In this document: one piece after another, positions 12,106-26,315 of the stretch
Layout of the letters: each line of letters begins with the position of its first letter
Position numbering within the stretch: position 1 is the first letter of the stretch
From: Nageia nagi
Lineage: Eukaryota; Plantae; Pinophyta
Direction of reading: 5' to 3'
DNA length: 64,000 bases
Assembly (NCBI GenBank): GCA_050084985.1
Contig: JBITNC010000001.1
Span: forward strand, 112,406,001 to 112,470,000
Notes under the pieces: generated by a model
The model's input: only the letters and a program-made list of their open reading frames with translations
What the model was told of the DNA's origin: nothing
Databases searched by the model: none
Program-made: the position numbers and the translations under genes

Positions 12106-15100
12106 ATTGTGCCGCTTGTCCAAACTCTGTTACTTCAAATTGTTGACGAGAAAGTGATAGGGGTGTGTGAGCTAGATTGTTGGGTGGGTTAATCATGTGT
12201 TGATTTTATTGTGACTTGTGTTCCTTGTTGGATTTCTATTAGAGGTATACATGTTACGTAATGGTGGTTCATTACAGTTATTTCATAGATGGTTTATTTT
12301 TAGTAGATGTTAATATATTTTACTCTTATTCTTACCTTTGCTTTGCATAGGTTAATTGTCCTAAACATGCTACACAACCTAATTATTTCGTAAAAATATA
12401 TGTAATATCAATGATGTTTATTTTAATCTTGAACAAATCAGGTATATCATATTAATTAAATGGTTTACAAAAATGAAAATAATATCAAACTCTTTGGAAG
12501 ATTTGAAATCTATATTTACCAAATATCACAATAAATTTAGATATTTCAATATACAAATTTATTCTAATTCAACCTTTTTGAATGTTAAAGATGATATTCA
12601 ACTTTTTTAAAGCATCTCTTTCTTTCTTTCTAATCTTAAGAAAGCATAGAATACAGCCTAGATGAGGATTAAAGTGGAACCATGCATCCATTACTAAATA
12701 CAAGCAATTATTCTAAAAATAGAACTTAAAGATAGAACTAAAAGTAAAAAATAAAATTGGATTGTACGTCAAACATTTCAAGCCTCAAAATTACCTCCCT
12801 TGGAATGCATTAGAATCTTGTATATTTTTACATGATTTTAAGAAAATGGACTCAAGACTATATCTCAATCAAATGTTATGCTTTTTAGAAGTTGGGGTAT
12901 TATTTTTCTTCTAAAGAAAGTGTTACTTGATATTGTAGTTGCACCACATTGAAGGACCCTTAAGTAAATTGGTTGGTGAAAGAATGTAAAAGAAACTAAG
13001 TCCATTATTTGATATGGTATATGAAAGGAAGAAGACCTCATAACATAGCTTAATATGTTATCCATAGATAGGGAAGGTTTGGAATAGTATTGTATTATAT
13101 ACCTAGGATATAGAAATCAAACCATGATATCCTAGTAAGAGGATGTAGATGATGCCTAAAGATTATTATAAAGAATCAAATAGGCTACCAAGTAAGAGGA
13201 AATGGTCTTTTCCACTAATGTAAAATTAGAAAGTTGGAAACTATTTTCTCCTTAGTACCTTGTGAGGATGGTAACTCAAACCTAGTTAAAATGTGAGGAT
13301 ATGAACATTCCCTATAAGCTAAGGAAAACCAATCGAAATAGGGCTTGAAATGATTTAGAATATTCAAAGGATAAGACTAGCTAATCTACCCAAGTGTTGC
13401 TTCATAGCACCTTGAAAGATCATTCAAATAAAACATTGTTATTATCGGATAAGAATTGATGCACTTTATGACACACTTCCTTATTAGAAGTAGTTGTTCA
13501 GGACTTGTTATTATTCTCTTCATATACCATACTTTTGAAGCAATGATATTTATTTGTATTGCGCAATTGTGGTTGAGTGGTCATTGGTGATTTCATGAAT
13601 AATATTTATCTAAATGTCTTGAATGCGATTGATGGCTTTTGGGTTTATCATACATGATTACTAATGAAAGGTATTAGATTCAAAAAACCACTCAAGAGTA
13701 TTATTAATTTAATACACATGGATACCTAAGTATGAGCATGAGGACGCCCAACTCCATGGTGGGCCTAGCTGATAGATATGGGTAGGCTAGTGTCCAATAT
13801 TCTTGATACAGTGTCAAACGATGATAACATTCGATAAAATTATAGTTATCAAAATAGGGTAACTGGTAGTCATACTACCTACAGTGTAGAAAATAGGAGT
13901 ATGATGATTATTCCATAGGCAATGCCATTTACTCAATTCATATGGATGATTTCATACGATAATCCATCTACACCTATGAATCAAAGGGTCATACATCGGG
14001 TGAGGGTGTTTAACCTTAGGGATAAGCATTCCCTTGAGTGATATTAACTCCGAGTAGAAAACCAGAATGCCATGACTAGAATGTCCATTGCACAGTTTGT
14101 GGATGACAATGGTGGGGTCATCTATGTGGCATCTTCCAACAAGGTACGCATTGAGAAGTTAACATCAAAATATTTTCAATCAGGGTTGTTTATTCTAAAT
14201 TCCACTAATATTTCAATATAGGTGTTGGTATCTACTAATGTTGAAATGATCACGTGGATCTTTTGGTCAATTCTTATACCATTTGAGTGTTTAATTTAAA
14301 CAAAAATTAGGTATGAATTTTTATGGTGGGAGAAGTTGTAAAGAGGTAGGAGCGCTATAGGTATGCACCTATCTTTGAATGATCTATTGGGTTGATGCTT
14401 CCTTTATAGAGGATTACTCATGATTAATAAGAATTAATTTAATCTATATAAAATTCTATTTTCTCCCAACCTTGTATCTTACCAATTATAAGCTACTCCT
14501 TTAGCCTAAATGTCTCTCAACTTATAGTCAAACAAAAGTCGGTTTATGTATGTTATAATTTCTCTATACTCTATATTTCTTGCATTATTTTCACCTAAAG
14601 TTGAAGGGTGTATGAAAGTATCCTCTAATACACTATATTTCCTTTCATATTAGTTTATATATTTATGATAGGAAACTCCAAACAAATTATTATAAATTGG
14701 GTGGTTGGCGGTGTACACGCTTGTAAATTAGTTAAGTGACCTATACATAGGCTTACCTTGCAACTTATCTCTCTATTGTTCTATGTTGATTCTCTTAATA
14801 CCTCTTGCTATGAGAAAAAATCATTCTTCCTGTACCATATATTTTCAATTGTCTTTGATCATTTGCTTATCTTCATCTCATAAGATGTAAAAATATCCAT
14901 TTTATGATTTTCAATTAAATATTTGAATAGTCTTGAAATGTTTGCATCATTTCTTTCTAGTATATCCCATCTTTTTGTACATCCTTTTTCGTAATCTCCC
15001 TTTGTAATTTTTCCATGGATTTAATAGTTTTTAATGTATTATATGTATGTAGCCATGCGGGTCTAATGAAATAGGACTTTGAATACTTCAAATTTATTAA

Positions 15101-16029
15101 TCATTATTATCGAATTACAAACAACATAAAATATTATACCTATATTGTTTACCTTCTTAATTATTTTAAGAATAGCTAGAGACTTATAAATTATGTGGCA
15201 ATAAAATAAATAATTTTATAGTTTGTACTTGCTAGTTCCATGCCTATAAAATTCATAAAAGCTAGGATTTAAATGAATGTGCACCATAAACATTTTTCAA
15301 GTTAATATTAGAGGTATGCACCATCGTCGTATTCTCTTTGATAAATACATCTTCATTACTTTAGAAAGGCTATTATGCGATATCTACACATGCTCAAAGA
15401 CAATTAATATTAGCCCATCATTAACATCCATACATTATGATCTCTAGTACCTGAAGATGTGAAGTGCAAGGCTACCATTGATAAAGTACCAAGAATAAAA
15501 TTATATAATGTGGAGTGAAAAAGTGTTGAGAAGAAAATTGAATAATAGGAACCAATCTCAAAAATACCTCTATATAAAGGGAGAACCCATACAAAATTAC
15601 ACAAGTAAAGAAATGGTCATTACCTATAAAAAGTGGGACTTAAGATATATATTCTTTTGGAAGAGAATGCTTCATATAAAGTAAGATTGAGGAAATAAGA
15701 GGATAAGAAATAATTGACTTCTACAAGAAATACCAAGAGGTAGAGAAGAGAATATTAATATGATAGGATATTTAAAAATGGCTGTTAGGAAACTAAGGAA
15801 GAAAGGAAAGAAGTCTCTAAGGACCTACTTTTCATTATTTCTCCCTTTTTTTCTCTTATGCTTATATTTTATATTCATATAGAGTTCTTTGATAATATCT
15901 AGTGGTTTCTGACTTTATCCTTCTTTCAATAATAATTTCCTTTAGCCCTCTTTGAAAAATATTTTCTGTAAATCACTATAAAAGTTTGTTATGATCCTTT
16001 TCAAACCTTCTGTTTATATATGTATGTAT

Positions 16030-16062
16030 CTATGTATGTAGGTGTGTTTGTATGTATGTATG

Positions 16063-16094
<32 letters not shown>

Positions 16095-16843
16095 CATGTA
16101 TATATGTATGTATTGTAAAAATATATTACAATAATATCACATGAGTTTGATCCTCTTATTAAACTATTTGTAATTTTTGGAGTATTAAATTTAGTGGAAA
16201 ATGATGGTCTTAAATATAAATATTATTAAAATATGATTTCAAGTTTAAATAAAATAAGTAGACATTAACATCCATTTGTATTTTTAAAAATTTTTCATTT
16301 TAATATTTATACTTATTATCATTAGTCTTTCGGTTATTTGCAATCTTAAATTCTCAAATTGATTGAACATGAGTTTGAATAAGAAAATGTGAGACAAGGA
16401 TATGGGATTGGGAAGGAAGTTTTTTTTTTTTAAATGATTACTAAAAATATATGCTGATTGATAAATAATAATTTATAATTTCTAAATATTAAATTAATCT
16501 ATCATGCTTCCCAAATACTTCCTAAGGGGATTTTCCTTACTAACTCCCAGGATCAATTTTTAAATGGCCATTTTGTTGATGATTCTTTTCTTATTCTTAG
16601 AGAAGATGAGTAATCTATTATGAATTCCATCAAATGCCTTGATACTTTCTTCTTAGATTTAGGTTTTAGTATTCAATGGAAGAAAACTTCATGATACAGG
16701 TAGTCTATTCATCCACTTCCTAATTGTGTTTCTTAGTTTCCTTAGAAGTGGATTCAAAATGGTGAGATTTTCAAATTTCTAGGCATTCATTTTTCCTTAA
16801 ACATTTTCCTAATTATCTTTGAAATTTTGTAGTGAAAAAAGTT
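16030..16843. repeat. Diverged direct-repeat paralog (R2) of 3281-4062 / 9653-10439 (R1)
   Basis: Colinear with R1 but with many substitutions from 16030 onward. Homology stops at 16843/4062, where R1 turns into the promoter and R2 continues as L1. Confidence 0.92.
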
Positions 16844-18530
16844 GAAAAAAAACTTAGTTATATGGTGAATAAGAAGTTATCTTTGGCTAGAAAGTTTTAA
16901 ATTTATTCCAAGGTGTTGCATTCTACCCATGTCTACTATTCTTCTTGTTGAAAGATTGTTATCAATAATTTCATAACCATCTTTAGGATTTTATTTGGTC
17001 CTTTAATATTTATAACAAAGGTTTTCATAGAGTTGCTTGGAATGTTTATTGTCTTCCTTGAACTATTAGGGGTATAAGGTTGTTAAATTACTAGAGCTAA
17101 TGGTATGGTCTCTCTACCGATAATTCTTATGGTTCCTATTCTAGTCTAGATTATTGGCTCTTTTGTTATCAAGAATATATGGGAAGCTTAGAAAGCCTTC
17201 AAGCCTTGGATTTCAAGAAAACTCTAGAATAAGTATGTAGGGGCCTCAATTTCCATAATTAATTTGTTGTGATATCTTATAATTTATATTGAATGTATTC
17301 CTTTAGCTAAAATTTAGTAGATGGTATCTTTAAGATTTTATAAAAAGGGAATTAACTCTCTCCCTAATTTTTTATATCCTCACACGAAGAGTTGGTTGCA
17401 CAGAGAAATTTTGACTATATTTCCAAATGAGAAACCAACTTTTAATATTATGATTAACTATACTACCTTCTATATTTGGTCTTAGCTTGGTAAGAACTTT
17501 TAAAAAATTCTATGGTTTGATTAGTCTTGGCCCAATAATGCCATTTTTTTAGGTATAAGCCTCACCTTGGATATACATGGATTTTCCCCAATGTTCCCAT
17601 GGTTGATACTTTGAACTTGTAGTGGAATTTGGTATCTTATCTTTTACAGTTTTCTCTTAGGTTTAATGTAGTATGAAGTAAGTATATAAAACCTATGTAG
17701 AGTTCTTTTTTATCTCAATTTTGCTTTATTAGGGACTTCATATTAGCCAATGTCTAGTGTATTTGAGTGTGGTGAACTTGAGTTGTACTTTCATTTAGAA
17801 TTAGAAAATTTTATTCATATTTTTTGTTCTTTTCTTTAATATTATGAAGCTTGGGATTAGGTTCTCTCATTTTTCAATCCTTTCCTTACATCTCCAATTA
17901 TTTGGGTTCATGCTATCCTAGGAGATCTTATTCTATTTTTAGAACCTCTCAATGAATTTTGACATATTTTTTAGATTATTATTCTCTATCATCTATGAAA
18001 AATATGAAATAGCATTATATTTGAGAGAAAAGAGTCTTCAACCTCTTTCATTCTTACTCATAAACACTATGTATTTTTATACTTTTAGTTACAAATTATT
18101 GTTCAATTTTTTAAAAAAAAGGTGAACATGCAAGTGCAACAGTAACGAAATCTACTTGACCATAGGGGGAATGCTACTTGTTCACTAAACCATTTTAAAA
18201 ATAGATGGGATATTAAACCATCATAAGCTTCAAGGAAATGATAAATACTCTTCAAGGAAATGAGAATCATGCCCCATTGAATACTATCTAAATACTATTT
18301 GAATACTAATAAATGATTGCTAGCTGGTTGGTTGGACTTTGAGATATGTGCTGGTGGTTATAGTTTCTCTTAGCAGCTATGCTTTTTTTATTTATCTAAA
18401 TTATTTTTGTAATGATGATTATTTTATATAATCAATGGTATGTTATACAATGTATGCTAATCCCACCCTCCCTTTTTGTATAAAGAAGATTTCTTAATAT
18501 AATAGAAATGATTTTTCATTTTAAAAAATA
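16490..18530 (+). mobile_element. 5'-truncated, decayed L1 LINE (RT C-terminal half to 3' UTR)
   Basis: NGHFVDDSFL, LARKF*IYSKVLHSTHVYYSSC, SFVIKNIWEA. The 3' UTR motif gctaatcccaccc and an A-rich end are shared with the element at 22800-24797. Confidence 0.78.
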
Positions 18531-19383
18531 ACTTTTCAAGTGTTAGGATTATTACTACATCATTCACATACTTAGAAATATTATTTTTTTATTTCTTCTT
18601 TATTCCTGTATTTGTTTGTGACTATTAGTTATCCACCATGATCTTACATTAATAACATAAGAATGATCTTTGATTATTTGTAACTATATTACTGTTAATA
18701 TAATTCATATAGTATGTAGTTTTGAATGGTATAAATATTATAAAAATAATAAAATATATAATATGATTTAAGGTCATTTTGATATTTCTATGGTTATCAA
18801 ATTATGCTAAGCAAATAGGAAAGTAAACAATTTCTTATGCACAACATTAACATAGTGGAAGTTGGTTTTTTTTCGGTGAAAAAAAGTGAAGATAGTAAAA
18901 AGAAGATTATTTTGATAATTCTAAATTCTATAATAAGGACATGATATTTAGGTTACTAATAAAAAATATTCAAAATATCATTCAACATGTTGTTGGGTGT
19001 GTGGAGACTGATTCACCACACAACAATATTTTTGTTATAGATGATTGATAAGGGTGTTTAATAATTAAATAAAGGAAATATTATATTGGTGACATATATT
19101 AGTAGCCTATGGATTAAATTATTATTGAACATCCCTTTTGATTAATGAATTCGAATGATGTCATTATTTGAAAATGTTTTCCTAACTTATAAATGGTGTA
19201 GCATTGTATCTAAAGTCAAATCCAAAGCATTCTGATAGATGCATCTGAGATGAAAATACACATAACAATTTGAATGGAGGTAAAATCCTAAATTCCAAAG
19301 GATGACTGGTAGGTTCGAAGGCAAATGTTACTAAGAATGATGAAAAGGTAGTTAGAGAATACAATTAATAACTTGTTAGTATT

Positions 19384-19985
19384 GGTTGGGTGGAAGAAGA
19401 TTAGTTCACATAAAGAGGAAGTTTTAAAACCTAGAAAATTTTAAAAATAAATTTTTTATTTGTTAATAAGTTTTTAGTTTTTAGGAACTTCGAGAAAAAA
19501 ATTTATAGATGGATAATCTTTATATAATTCTCTACAAATTTATAAAATAAGTTTGAAAAAATGATAAATTTAGGTAAAATTATGAATGACAGATAAAAGC
19601 ATTTTTAAGAACCATAATTACAACCCATAAAAAAATAATAAGAAAAATAATATTTATGAAAAAATTATGAGAAAGTATTTAGGATAAACTTCATTGTGTT
19701 AGATATCTTTACCCAAAATTCTTTAAAAGAATTCTCTAATTTAGAACAAAATATGTGTGACAAACACGTGCATGGTATGGTCCAGAAATACAAATTTTTA
19801 AATAATGATTTTTATTGATACATATAAAAAATAGAATTTTATCATCTGTGTATTAGAATAAATTATATATTTGAAAACTAGACTCAAAGAACTATATTTT
19901 TACCCTATTTCAACCTTCTTCAATATTCCATGTCCAATTGCTTCGAATTTTGAGATCAATATGAACCAACTTCTTACATTAATCC
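19384..19985. mobile_element. Non-autonomous TIR DNA element nested in the 5' LTR
   Basis: Degenerate TIRs (ggttgggtggaagaagat / aacttcttacattaatcc) with TATT on both sides. Internal block tattagaataaattatatatttgaaaactagact is shared with 46024-46988. Absent from the 3' LTR. Confidence 0.72.
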
Positions 19986-21189
19986 TATTGTGATAACAAT
20001 ATAAGAACTATTATTATTTTCATGTAATTTAAATATATATAATATGTATGTAATGCTTGTTATGATCAAAGAGGTAATGGCAAAGTTGTAATGTTGGTGT
20101 AGGCATATATAGGCAGTAATGCTTTCAAGAGGAGAATGTTAGGGCCTTCAGAAATTCTTATGTAATTTTTATTGAAATTTTGTAGGTGAGAGATTGTAAT
20201 ACTATAGTGAGAATGTACTGATGTACTTTGAAATATTCATAATAATGCAATGTAGAAGATATATCATTGTGTATAATAATATAATAATTTTGTAGCTCAA
20301 CGAGATATTAGGTGAACCTCATAAATTACTTGGAGTTTATTTTGTTTCAATGGTGCTTTATTTTTTCTCATGTGTTTTCTCTCACATAATCAATCATGCT
20401 ATATTCCAATAATTGGTATAAATCCTAATGTTGTTGATTTTTGTTATAGTTAGAGTGGGGAGCTACCATATAAATGGGTTGCAAAAATTATAACCAATTT
20501 GTGATTTTATTTGGAACTTAGGACATTATATAAGTAACAAGATAAGATTGGCCACCTCTCTTTCCATATCCCTTCCTAGTTCTATATATGGAAGCTTGTA
20601 ATTGGAAATCAAAGTTTTGAATGTATTTTTCCTATTTGTGGAGGTGTGAAGATTGCAAAGTAATAGGAGCAATATTTTCTAGTGGATATTGTGAGGCTAT
20701 TCGTTGATCAAAGGAGAAGATGTGAGGTTGACATCAATCTTGTTTTAATGGATACAAATTAAATGATTGGATCATTTGAAGGAGGTCAAATTCTTAAAAA
20801 ATGTTTGTTAATGGCATAGTGGAACCATGATGGATAGATATGAATCATCTCCATATGGTAAATTGTTAGATGTGTAGAGATCGATTCACTACATAACAAT
20901 ATTTTTTCTTCTGGATGATTGAAAAGAGTATTTAATAATCAATGAAAGACAATGTTAATTTGGTGACATATATTAGTAATTGATAGAGTAAATTCTAATT
21001 GAGAACCTAATTTAATTAATTGATGCAAATTACATCATTATTTGGAGAAGCTACTGTACATTTTGAATGTTGTATCATTTAATAGAGGTAAACTCTTTAA
21101 TGGAAATGGATGAATGATAGTTACGAAGGTAAGCATCATTAAGAATGGGAACAAGGTAGTTGAATAATATACTTAATATTTTATAAGCA

Positions 21190-21195
<6 letters not shown>

Positions 21196-21229
<34 letters not shown>

Positions 21230-21240
21230 ACACACACACA
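21196..21240. repeat. (TA)n/(CA)n microsatellite in the 3' LTR
   Basis: Seen directly. Confidence 0.9.
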
Positions 21241-22799
21241 TGTATGTAATGTTTGTTATGATCATAGAAGTAATGCTAGAGTTGTAATGGCTATGTAGGC
21301 ATACATAGGTTGTAATACTTGGAAGAGAATAATATCATGAGGAGCCATTTTTAAGTAATGTTATTTTAAGATTGTAGGTGAGGGATTATACTACTATAGC
21401 AAGAGTCCAATCACATGTTCAAAATTGTTCATAATGATGAAAAATGGTAGATTATTCAGTGACTATAGTAACATAATAACTTGAGATATTCGATGAACGT
21501 CATAAATGGCTTGATATTTCTTTTATTTACATGATGATTTATTTTTATTAGCTTGGTTGCTTTCACTTACTCAACCATGCTAAATCCCAACACATGTTGT
21601 TGTACAAAGTTACTAACTTATATAAATTTTCCCATTTGAATATTTTTTCTTGATATTTTAAAGCTTCATGTTTACAATTTTATTCTTATATTTCTACTTT
21701 ATCATATATCATTATCCTCCTATAATCATCATAGTTTTCCATTCTTAATCTCTTTTATATATGTATATTACCTTTACAATAAAGTTTGGATGTACTAATC
21801 TTTTGAAACTATAAATTTTAAGCATAAACTATAAAAAAAACAATTATCACACAAAAAATAACTTCTAATATTTTAAAAAACATTTTGAAGATAATTAGTT
21901 TTCTTGAAATATTCAAATAAAAATAACTTATTATAACTCATACAATTTCGCTTAATTGATTGAAAATAAATTTAAAAAAATATAAACTATAATTATTTTT
22001 AAAAAACTCACACAAGAAAAATGAGTTACTTATGTAAATAAACTATACTACTCTTAAAGCTAAGTATACACCAAGTTGAAAATCATAATTTAAATTTATC
22101 TTTTTAAGTATTTTCCTTTCTTCATAAATTTTATACTCATTCAACTCTATTTGTACGATTATCTTCTTCATCATAAATAATATTGAAATTCAATAGGACT
22201 TAAATTAAAATAATTTTAACTATTACAAAAAATAACTATTTATATGATTAAATACCCAAATTCCTCTACTACATATAATTGAAAATTCATAGATATCATA
22301 TACCTATACTACAATATTTTACAACTCACACATATGAAAATTTAAGCCAACCTTCATTCTCCTAGAAATAGGATAATTAATACTATCCTTACTTTATATT
22401 TAAATAACAAATAGTATGATGGACTTGACACAACTATTGCTTTTGAAATTTAAAGAATTCAAATAAAGTAAGTGAATCAAATTGATATGATAGTGAAAAA
22501 TTTGATGACCATTATTATTGGCTGCCCTAAACCTCTAAAAAAGGAAGCAAATAAAAATTAAATCATTTTCTCTCAAATGTTTGTAACTTTTGTTCCTTCT
22601 TAAAAATCTTATGTCTTCATTTTTATGGTTATACATCCAAGCAAGCTTAGAATATTGTAAGAGTTGAATTTATCATTATTTATGATATTTTTAATAGCAC
22701 TCTTACATTTCATTTATAATAATCAATCTAATCATTCTCTTATTCAAATATTTGATACATATTATTTTTAAGAGTATTCATCGAATATATATATATATA

Positions 22800-24797
22800 T
22801 ATTGAATGAAAAGATTTTATATTAGAAAAGGCTAATCATAGAAAAGGAGTGGGTGGGATTAGCACACCTCATAAATTACACTAACTATAGAAGTTAGGAA
22901 TCAAAGTTCTCAAAAATCCCTAAACACAAAAAAAGGAAACAATAGTCCAAAAACTCCTCATGGAGTAATATAACCATCAAACATCAAATAAATTATTTTA
23001 GGCTTATTAGGAGGATAAAAGTTATTTGTATGATCCAAATAAGCCAAACCATGGTTAGGACTATCACCATCACTCAAACCATCATTATCCACATCTAAAT
23101 TAGCACCATATGGGATAGGAGTTAAGGGAGCAAGAGCAAGACCTGATGCCAGTATAGCTCCCCAAATACATTATGGTTACGAAGGAGATTCAACACCCTA
23201 GCATACCATTGATAAAGAAATACTTAGTTGTTCATCCCATCAACGAGGGAATATCACGTTGATGCCTCTTAGGTTTTGGAGGCAATTGGTATGAATGGCA
23301 CATAAGTAATGTAGAACACATAGGAGACTGGTATTAAGGAGAACTTGGCCCTAAGGGCATCTTCTACCACCTTAAATACATAATTAGGTATTTTGTTAAT
23401 ACTAGGGCGGTTGATCATAAGGAAGCCTACTAATGGTACAAGGGACATTGGCCTACAAGTCCAACATGTTACGTAAGTGTTAAACCTCCATATTTACTTT
23501 CTCCACTAAAATAATGATTTGTAACAAGATATCACATAATATAGCATATTTGTGAGAAAGGGAAAAAGAAATAGAAGCTTCTTATCTACTAAAAAATAAT
23601 ATTATTTATGTTGCTCCATAAATGAAATAGAATAGTAGTATGAAATATGTGCCACACTTCTTCTAAGGATTCAGAAAAATGTAAAGGATCACCCAAGAGG
23701 GCATGAACCAAAAATAAGGTTTAGAAACGAATTAATTTAAAAAAAAATCCATTTGCATACAGCTTTAGCTTTTAAATAAGACCAAGAAACATTTGCAAAA
23801 TCTTTAAGGGAATTATAAAAAGTACAAGTAGGATTAGGGACCCTACATAAACCCTATGGATACCAATAGGAAAATTATGATGCAACAAAATCCAAGCAAA
23901 AAAACCTATGCTTAAGTTCAATATAAGATATCCACATAATAGAAAATCATAATTGTTACCTAGATTATGATGAAATAAGATCCTATCTGATATTCAAAAC
24001 CTTAACCATGGGAAAATGAGGTGAAAGCCAAGTTTGTCAAAGATGAGGTTTATATTTAAGCTAATAAATATTCTTAGACCAAATCCAGTCTATCCATCAG
24101 GAGGTCTAAAAAATTTTGCTAAGATGAACCCAAATAAAGAAGGAGGTTTTATCAATCAAGAATTCAAAAGTAGATTTATCACCAGAGGATAGACCATATA
24201 AACTTCTAAATTTGTCCCAAGTATAACATCTTGTAGTACAAACATCATAAAGATCATGAAAAGATTTAATTCTATTAGTATTAAATCTAAGAGCATGAAT
24301 CCATAGAACTTATGCGAAAGGATTGCCTTCATGGGTAAAGGCTAAAGATCATCATAAGTTAAGAGAAGAACAAGATGCTTAAGAGCCTCTACCATTCCCT
24401 TACCATCTCAGCCAAACTTTCAAGGCTTTTCAAGCCTTCCATATACTTTTCAAAACAAAAGAGCTTGATATCTGAAAGGAATAAATTCATATATAATGAT
24501 AATATGGGTAATTTATATATTCAAAAGCTATGAGGGATTTTATCCAAACCTCAAAACAAATTGATCATAAAATAGTTTCCAACATAGGCAATCACTTCCT
24601 AGCTATACCTTGTGGTAGTTTATAAAATTTGAAAAAAAAACTATTAAAAAATATGTATAGATGCTACCAAGATATAGCCTATTGGTAGCCTAATGAGACC
24701 TAATTTACAAATTATATTAATAAAAAATTATCAAACTATAGCCAAAATACATTTGAATCACAACTGAGATGCAACCCAATTATCTCTTTATTGGGAT
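22800..24797 (-). mobile_element. 5'-truncated, decayed L1 LINE, same family as 16490-18530
   Basis: Minus strand reads SFVLKSIWKA*KALKS..RW*GNG (post-RT L1 region). Shares the 3' UTR gctaatcccaccc and ends at an (AT)n tract. Confidence 0.72.
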
Positions 24798-26313
24798 ATG
24801 AATTTGACATTCTTTGTAATTCAAAAGTTTTGAATTTTTGAATCATTTAACTAAAAAGGATATGATGTTTTAAAATATAAATATTATACAAAATGATATA
24901 AGTTTTATGTAAAATAAATAAATATTGATTTTGATTTGCATAATTTTCATTTGTTGTATAAATATATGTACTTCTTATCTTAGGTTTCTAGGTTATATGC
25001 ATAGTTGAATTGGTTGTATGTTTTTAGCCTGAGTTTGAATAGGTGCTCGTGAGAAAAGCGTATAATATTAGAATGATATTATTTATTTTTCAAAAATATA
25101 ATAAAGAAATAAGGCAAGAAAATAGATTGTCATGGTCATGTAGAGCCCACGAAAGAAATAAAATATTATGAAAAAATTGTTTGACTTATTTGGATGTAAT
25201 TTTACCATTCTTGGTTTAGTTATAGTAGAATATGTAATGGACTATATCCATTGAATATATGACATAGTATTTATATTTTTTAGTTGTATAGATGTATTCT
25301 TTTTCTACATCTTGCTAGTGTTTCTCTTAATTTGTTGCTACCACTAGGTATATTTATGTAGTGGTTTCCTCCTTTAGAAACCATTTTTGGGACAAGGTTT
25401 TTGATATCTTGATAAAGACCTATGTCTGTCGATCATATAATTTTTCCTTGTTATCAAAAAACATTTTACCATTCTTACTTATTAGTTTATTAGGAGAATT
25501 ATGGTGATAAATGATTGCAAAGAATTGGTAATATAAGTAAACATTTCTATTGTATATTTTGATATTTCTATAGTTATTGAAGTAGGTTTGCTTTGTGAAA
25601 GAGGCAAATAAGGAACTACTTAATCAATAACTAAGGGTAGTGTGGGATGATGATGTTGTTATTGTGTAAAGGTTATAAATATTAATATTAAAAGCTTAGA
25701 TTGTGCTCTTGTATTCTTAATTTTCTATCTTGTCATCTATAATGATTCTTCCATTTCATTATATTTTTCAATTCTTAATCTCCTTTATTTAAGCTACCAC
25801 TTGTTGTGATAAGTTTTGAATGCATAAATTATTTTTCTATTGAATGGTAGTTTAGGGATTTACAATTAAAGGTTTTAATCAATTATAAAAATAAATCAAA
25901 TAAATCAAAACTATTTTGAAGATAGTTAAGTTCTACGAAATGTCTCACGAAATTCAATTGAGTATTTTAAATAAACTAATTTTTAAATGAGTTTTTTTTT
26001 TATAAATGACTTAATTATATAATATTATTTAATGCTTCAGATTTCACCATATGTCTCCAAAATTGATAGCACAAAGGTTCAAACTTTGACTCTTCTATAA
26101 AGAGTTGAAACTTTAAATCAATATATGGTGGTTCAAACTTTGACTTTCCTATAAAGAGTTAAAATTTGAATCTATATATGATTATTTCAACATATTATGA
26201 TTTGGCTACATTTCAAGTAAGTCTTTATTACAATTATATTGAAGAAAAAACTAAAATTTTACTTTATTGATGATCATAAAGAAGTTCGTATAATAATTTA
26301 ACGTAAGATTGAA
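24798..26313 (-). repeat. Inverted copy of the segmental-duplication block at ~32881-34203 (also ~62630-63900 and partly 48332-49450)
   Basis: Reverse-complement matches at both ends (gttaaatgattcaaaaattc...aaattcat; ttcaatctta.g.taaattattata) and throughout. Contains a local ~54-bp tandem duplication at 26076-26180. Confidence 0.9.
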
Positions 26314-26315
26314 TC

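Larger units (their letters stand above)
1..16029. repeat. Near-identical tandem array, period ~6372-6377 bp (partial unit 1-3280, full units 3281-9652 and 9653-16029), each full unit carrying a 2OGD gene
   Basis: Position 1 (aaaattggattgtacgtc) recurs at 6376 and 12753. ORF-track entries recur at 113/6488/12865, 2661/9033/15410 and 4633/11009. Only a handful of 1-bp indels and SNPs separate the copies. Confidence 0.97.
18991..21592 (+). mobile_element. Old non-autonomous LTR retroelement (TRIM-like or deletion derivative): 5' LTR 18991-20411 (interrupted by a TIR element), ~450-bp non-coding internal region, 3' LTR 20864-21592
   Basis: Termini TGTTGGG...CCCAACA, 5-bp TSD CATGT (18986-18990 and 21593-21597), degenerate tRNA-Met PBS TGGTAT at 20414. 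The LTRs are colinear but strongly diverged. Confidence 0.85.
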
